Shown here piece by piece: positions 61,522-64,000 of a DNA stretch of 64,000 bases. The stretch is from an uncultured Acidobacteriota bacterium (GTDB taxonomy: Bacteria; Acidobacteriota; UBA6911): NCBI GenBank assembly GCA_963827655.1, contig CAWHCF010000023.1:96001-160000 (forward strand). The letters run 5' to 3'. The first letter of the stretch is position 1; each line of letters starts with the position of its first letter. The notes under the pieces were generated by a model. It had not been told where the DNA came from and did no database searches. It was given only the letters and a program-made list of their open reading frames with translations. A program made the translations under genes and the position numbers.

Positions 61522-61593
61522 CCGAGCACGTGCACGACCACGTCAACGTGCACGTTGACGTGCACGTGATCGTGGACGTCGTCGTGATCGGCT
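61522..61593. repeat. Palindromic hexamer array (CACGTN)n upstream of the TonB receptor
   Basis: gagcacgtgcacgaccacgtcaacgtgcacgttgacgtgcacgtgatcgtggacgtcgtcgtgatcgg; shares its core with 58008-58073. Confidence 0.8.
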
Positions 61594-61746
61594 TTCTCAT
61601 CTGGATGCGGCCGGTGGGCTCTTTACCCGGCCTTACGGCCCTGATGCGCTGCAGACACTTCGCGTCGGGTCTTCGTGGTTATACATGTTTTAGTTTTCGA
61701 CGGGAGCGCATGTCCGGCGCGATCATTTCCTGGAAAGCCATCACTT

Positions 61747-64000
61747 ATGAAAATCATTCTCTTCTGCGGCGCCTGTCTGAGCGGGCTGCTCCTCTCCTTC
61801 TCGGTCACGCCAGACAAATTCCCCATCCGGGATGAGAAAGCAGCGACCGCCATAAAGCAGCGTTTTGTCGCTCTCACCGATGGCTGGGCGAAAGAAGCAA
61901 TCTTAACCCAAACCGAAAAGGAGGCCATGCAACGAGGACGCCAGTGGGAGACTCTGATGACCACGGGCCTGGATGATCCACTGGCCCGGAGAATTCTGGA
62001 AGCCGGCGAGCCTTCGTACGACGCGCTCGCCGGTTCCTATCCCGGAAAAATCCTCGATCGAACCGTGCTCGGCTCGTACTCGGATCCCGGTCGCAGAACC
62101 AAGACCTCTGATAACGAGTTCGTCGTCTGGTGGAACGGAGCGATTTCAGCTCATCTCATCGAAGGACAGCAGAGCGAAAGAATGCGCATAATTGCCGCCA
62201 ATACGAATGTCGTATTTCGCGTCGGGCCCTCCGCCGAGATGTTCGGCAAGTACGGCGAAAGCTATTCGCGCATCGGGTACGAGGATGGTTATCTCCCGAT
62301 GGTGCGCGCGCGCTACGAACACGACGGAATCCGGTACGAAGAGACGGTGGTGGCGGCCAATCGGGAGGGAGAGACCACCGGGGAAGACACCTGTTACGTA
62401 AGGTTTCAGCTCACCAATGCATCCGCGTCGGCACGCCGCGCGGCGCTTCACGCAGAGATTGTCTTAGCCGACGGCAGCAAGCTGAAATCATCGGGACAGA
62501 GCCTCCTCAACGCTTCGGGGGCCTTGATTCTGGACCACAGTGACGCCGGAGCCGCCTTCGATCAGAACACGCAGCGAATCACCCATGGCCTCGAACTGAA
62601 GCCGGACGAGACGGCGGCTGTCTTTTTCAGGATCCCCTATCTGCCAGACCCGGTGAGAAACGCCGCGCCGCCAACTGCGGCCGAGTTTGATTCCGTCTTC
62701 CGCCGCACGCGCGAGTTCTGGACCGACCTTCTGTCGTCGAGCATCAAGATCAACGTTCCTGAAGAGCGGGTCAATAAGATCTGGCGCGCGCTGCTGCTTC
62801 AGAACTTCATCCTTGCAGACGGCCCGCGATTCACGTACGGCGCCGGGCTCTGGTACAACAGCTCCTACTTTCCGGTCGAGAATGGCATGGGGACCAACGA
62901 TTTCGCCTTTTATGGCTTCGGCGACTACTCCCATGCTCTTTTACCCTTCTGCATGCAGACCAGCATCCATCCGGATCAGGCGGGGCGAAAATATCAGAAT
63001 CGCCGCGGGGTCGCTCTCCATCATCTCTACGAGAATTACCGCCTGGCGCGAAAAATGGATGTCTTCAATCAATACCGAAAGGACCTGTTCCGGGTAGCGG
63101 ACGAAATCATCGCCGATCGTAAAAGCACGATGGTGGAGCAAAACGGCAAGCGACCTCTTCACTGGGGTTTGCTTCCGCCCGACCGTCCGGGAGCCGATGA
63201 CCTGGGCGGGAAATATACCATGTACGTTCTGGCTCACAACATCACGAGTTGCCAGGGTCTGCAGGATTTCGGAAATCTCCTGGTCAAGAGCGGCGCGGAC
63301 AGGACGCGCGGCGAGAAGTATCTTCGAGAAGCGGATGATTTTCGCAAGACGATCTTAGCCGCCCTCAAAGCCAGCGTGATTCGGTCTCAAGGGCGGCCCC
63401 CCTTCGTGCCCCTCGAAACCCTTTATTTCAAGGAGACGCCCGATTACGGACCCGAGCCCTATGACGACCTCGCCCGCGGCCGGGTCCAGGGAACTTACTA
63501 TCACTACTGGGCCGATATGGAGCTGGGCTACAACTTCTTTGATGCCGACGACCCATTAGCCCGCTGGATTACAGATTACCTCGAAATGATGGGAGGGTTT
63601 GTACTGGGCTGTACCCGGAGCCGACACCGGCCCGCGCAGGAATACGGCTGGATCAACAACGTGTATAACTCCGGATACTACAATTTCATTCTTCGACGAG
63701 GCGAGATAGACAAATTCCTGCTCGGTTTCTATTCACGGTTCGCTTTCGGCATGTCCCGTCATGCCTACGTCGCGTCCGAGGGTTCCCCTCTTATCGGTTA
63801 CAACACCAGGAACGGAGGATTTGTCGGCGCGGATTACTCGTTCCCGAATTCGGCGGCCAATTCTGAAACCTTGCGAATGCTGCGCGCGATGCTGATCCTC
63901 GAAGAGTTGAAGAATAATGAAGAGACCGGCGACATCTATCTGGCGCGCGGCGTTCCGCGCGCCTGGTTCGATCAGGGAAAGAGAATCGAGGTTGCTGACG
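61747..64000 (+). CDS. Large exported protein, six-hairpin glycosidase-like, 3'-truncated by window edge (absent from the ORF track)
   Basis: ATG 61747 opens a stop-free frame to the window end (~750 aa). Signal peptide MKIILFCGACLSGLLLSFS, then EDGYLPMV, EFWTDLL..IKINVPE, GLLPPD and IYLARGVPRAWF. Confidence 0.75.
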   Translation, partial: MKIILFCGACLSGLLLSFSVTPDKFPIRDEKAATAIKQRFVALTDGWAKEAILTQTEKEAMQRGRQWETLMTTGLDDPLARRILEAGEPSYDALAGSYPGKILDRTVLGSYSDPGRRTKTSDNEFVVWWNGAISAHLIEGQQSERMRIIAANTNVVFRVGPSAEMFGKYGESYSRIGYEDGYLPMVRARYEHDGIRYEETVVAANREGETTGEDTCYVRFQLTNASASARRAALHAEIVLADGSKLKSSGQSLLNASGALILDHSDAGAAFDQNTQRITHGLELKPDETAAVFFRIPYLPDPVRNAAPPTAAEFDSVFRRTREFWTDLLSSSIKINVPEERVNKIWRALLLQNFILADGPRFTYGAGLWYNSSYFPVENGMGTNDFAFYGFGDYSHALLPFCMQTSIHPDQAGRKYQNRRGVALHHLYENYRLARKMDVFNQYRKDLFRVADEIIADRKSTMVEQNGKRPLHWGLLPPDRPGADDLGGKYTMYVLAHNITSCQGLQDFGNLLVKSGADRTRGEKYLREADDFRKTILAALKASVIRSQGRPPFVPLETLYFKETPDYGPEPYDDLARGRVQGTYYHYWADMELGYNFFDADDPLARWITDYLEMMGGFVLGCTRSRHRPAQEYGWINNVYNSGYYNFILRRGEIDKFLLGFYSRFAFGMSRHAYVASEGSPLIGYNTRNGGFVGADYSFPNSAANSETLRMLRAMLILEELKNNEETGDIYLARGVPRAWFDQGKRIEVAD

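Overview
A GC-rich bacterial chromosomal segment, most likely Acidobacteriota. This is inferred from the Oar-type TonB-dependent receptor, the ROK-sthA pair and the lysS-lolCE-lolD-clpC-bamA-skp-fabZ-lpxA-lpxI order. Left to right: (1) a surface-polysaccharide/LPS locus at 1-19.6 kb (epimerase, nucleotide-sugar dehydrogenase, GT4/GT2/GT9 transferases, O-antigen ligase-like protein, Wzm/Wzt exporter), interrupted by a Phd antitoxin with a truncated VapC, a ROK protein and sthA. (2) Housekeeping genes at 19.7-50.8 kb (tsaD, mtnA, BtuB-like receptor, acs, pgsA-like, DUF512, ptrB, ribH, nusB, lysS, lol, clpC, bamA, lipid A genes, a TonB-family protein, SpoIID, miaA). (3) An accessory catabolic island at 51.1-64 kb: a non-canonical SDH/FRD-like complex in B-C-D-A order whose flavoprotein lacks the FAD-linked His, a two-subunit Fe-S hydratase, DUF3830, an enolase-superfamily enzyme, a TonB receptor and a large secreted glycosidase-like protein. 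The Sdh-like operon and the receptor share a 16-bp palindromic operator candidate. This island is the best candidate for an undescribed system. Intergenic DNA carries several families of fold-back elements with 6-9-bp tandem-repeat arms, which often supply start/stop codons, protein tails and promoter parts. Other notable items are a TonB gene whose duplicated promoter/5'UTR has become coding, a 50-aa membrane ORF missed by the ORF track, and five single-base frameshifts that look like assembly indels. No rRNA, tRNA, CRISPR array or intact transposase was seen.
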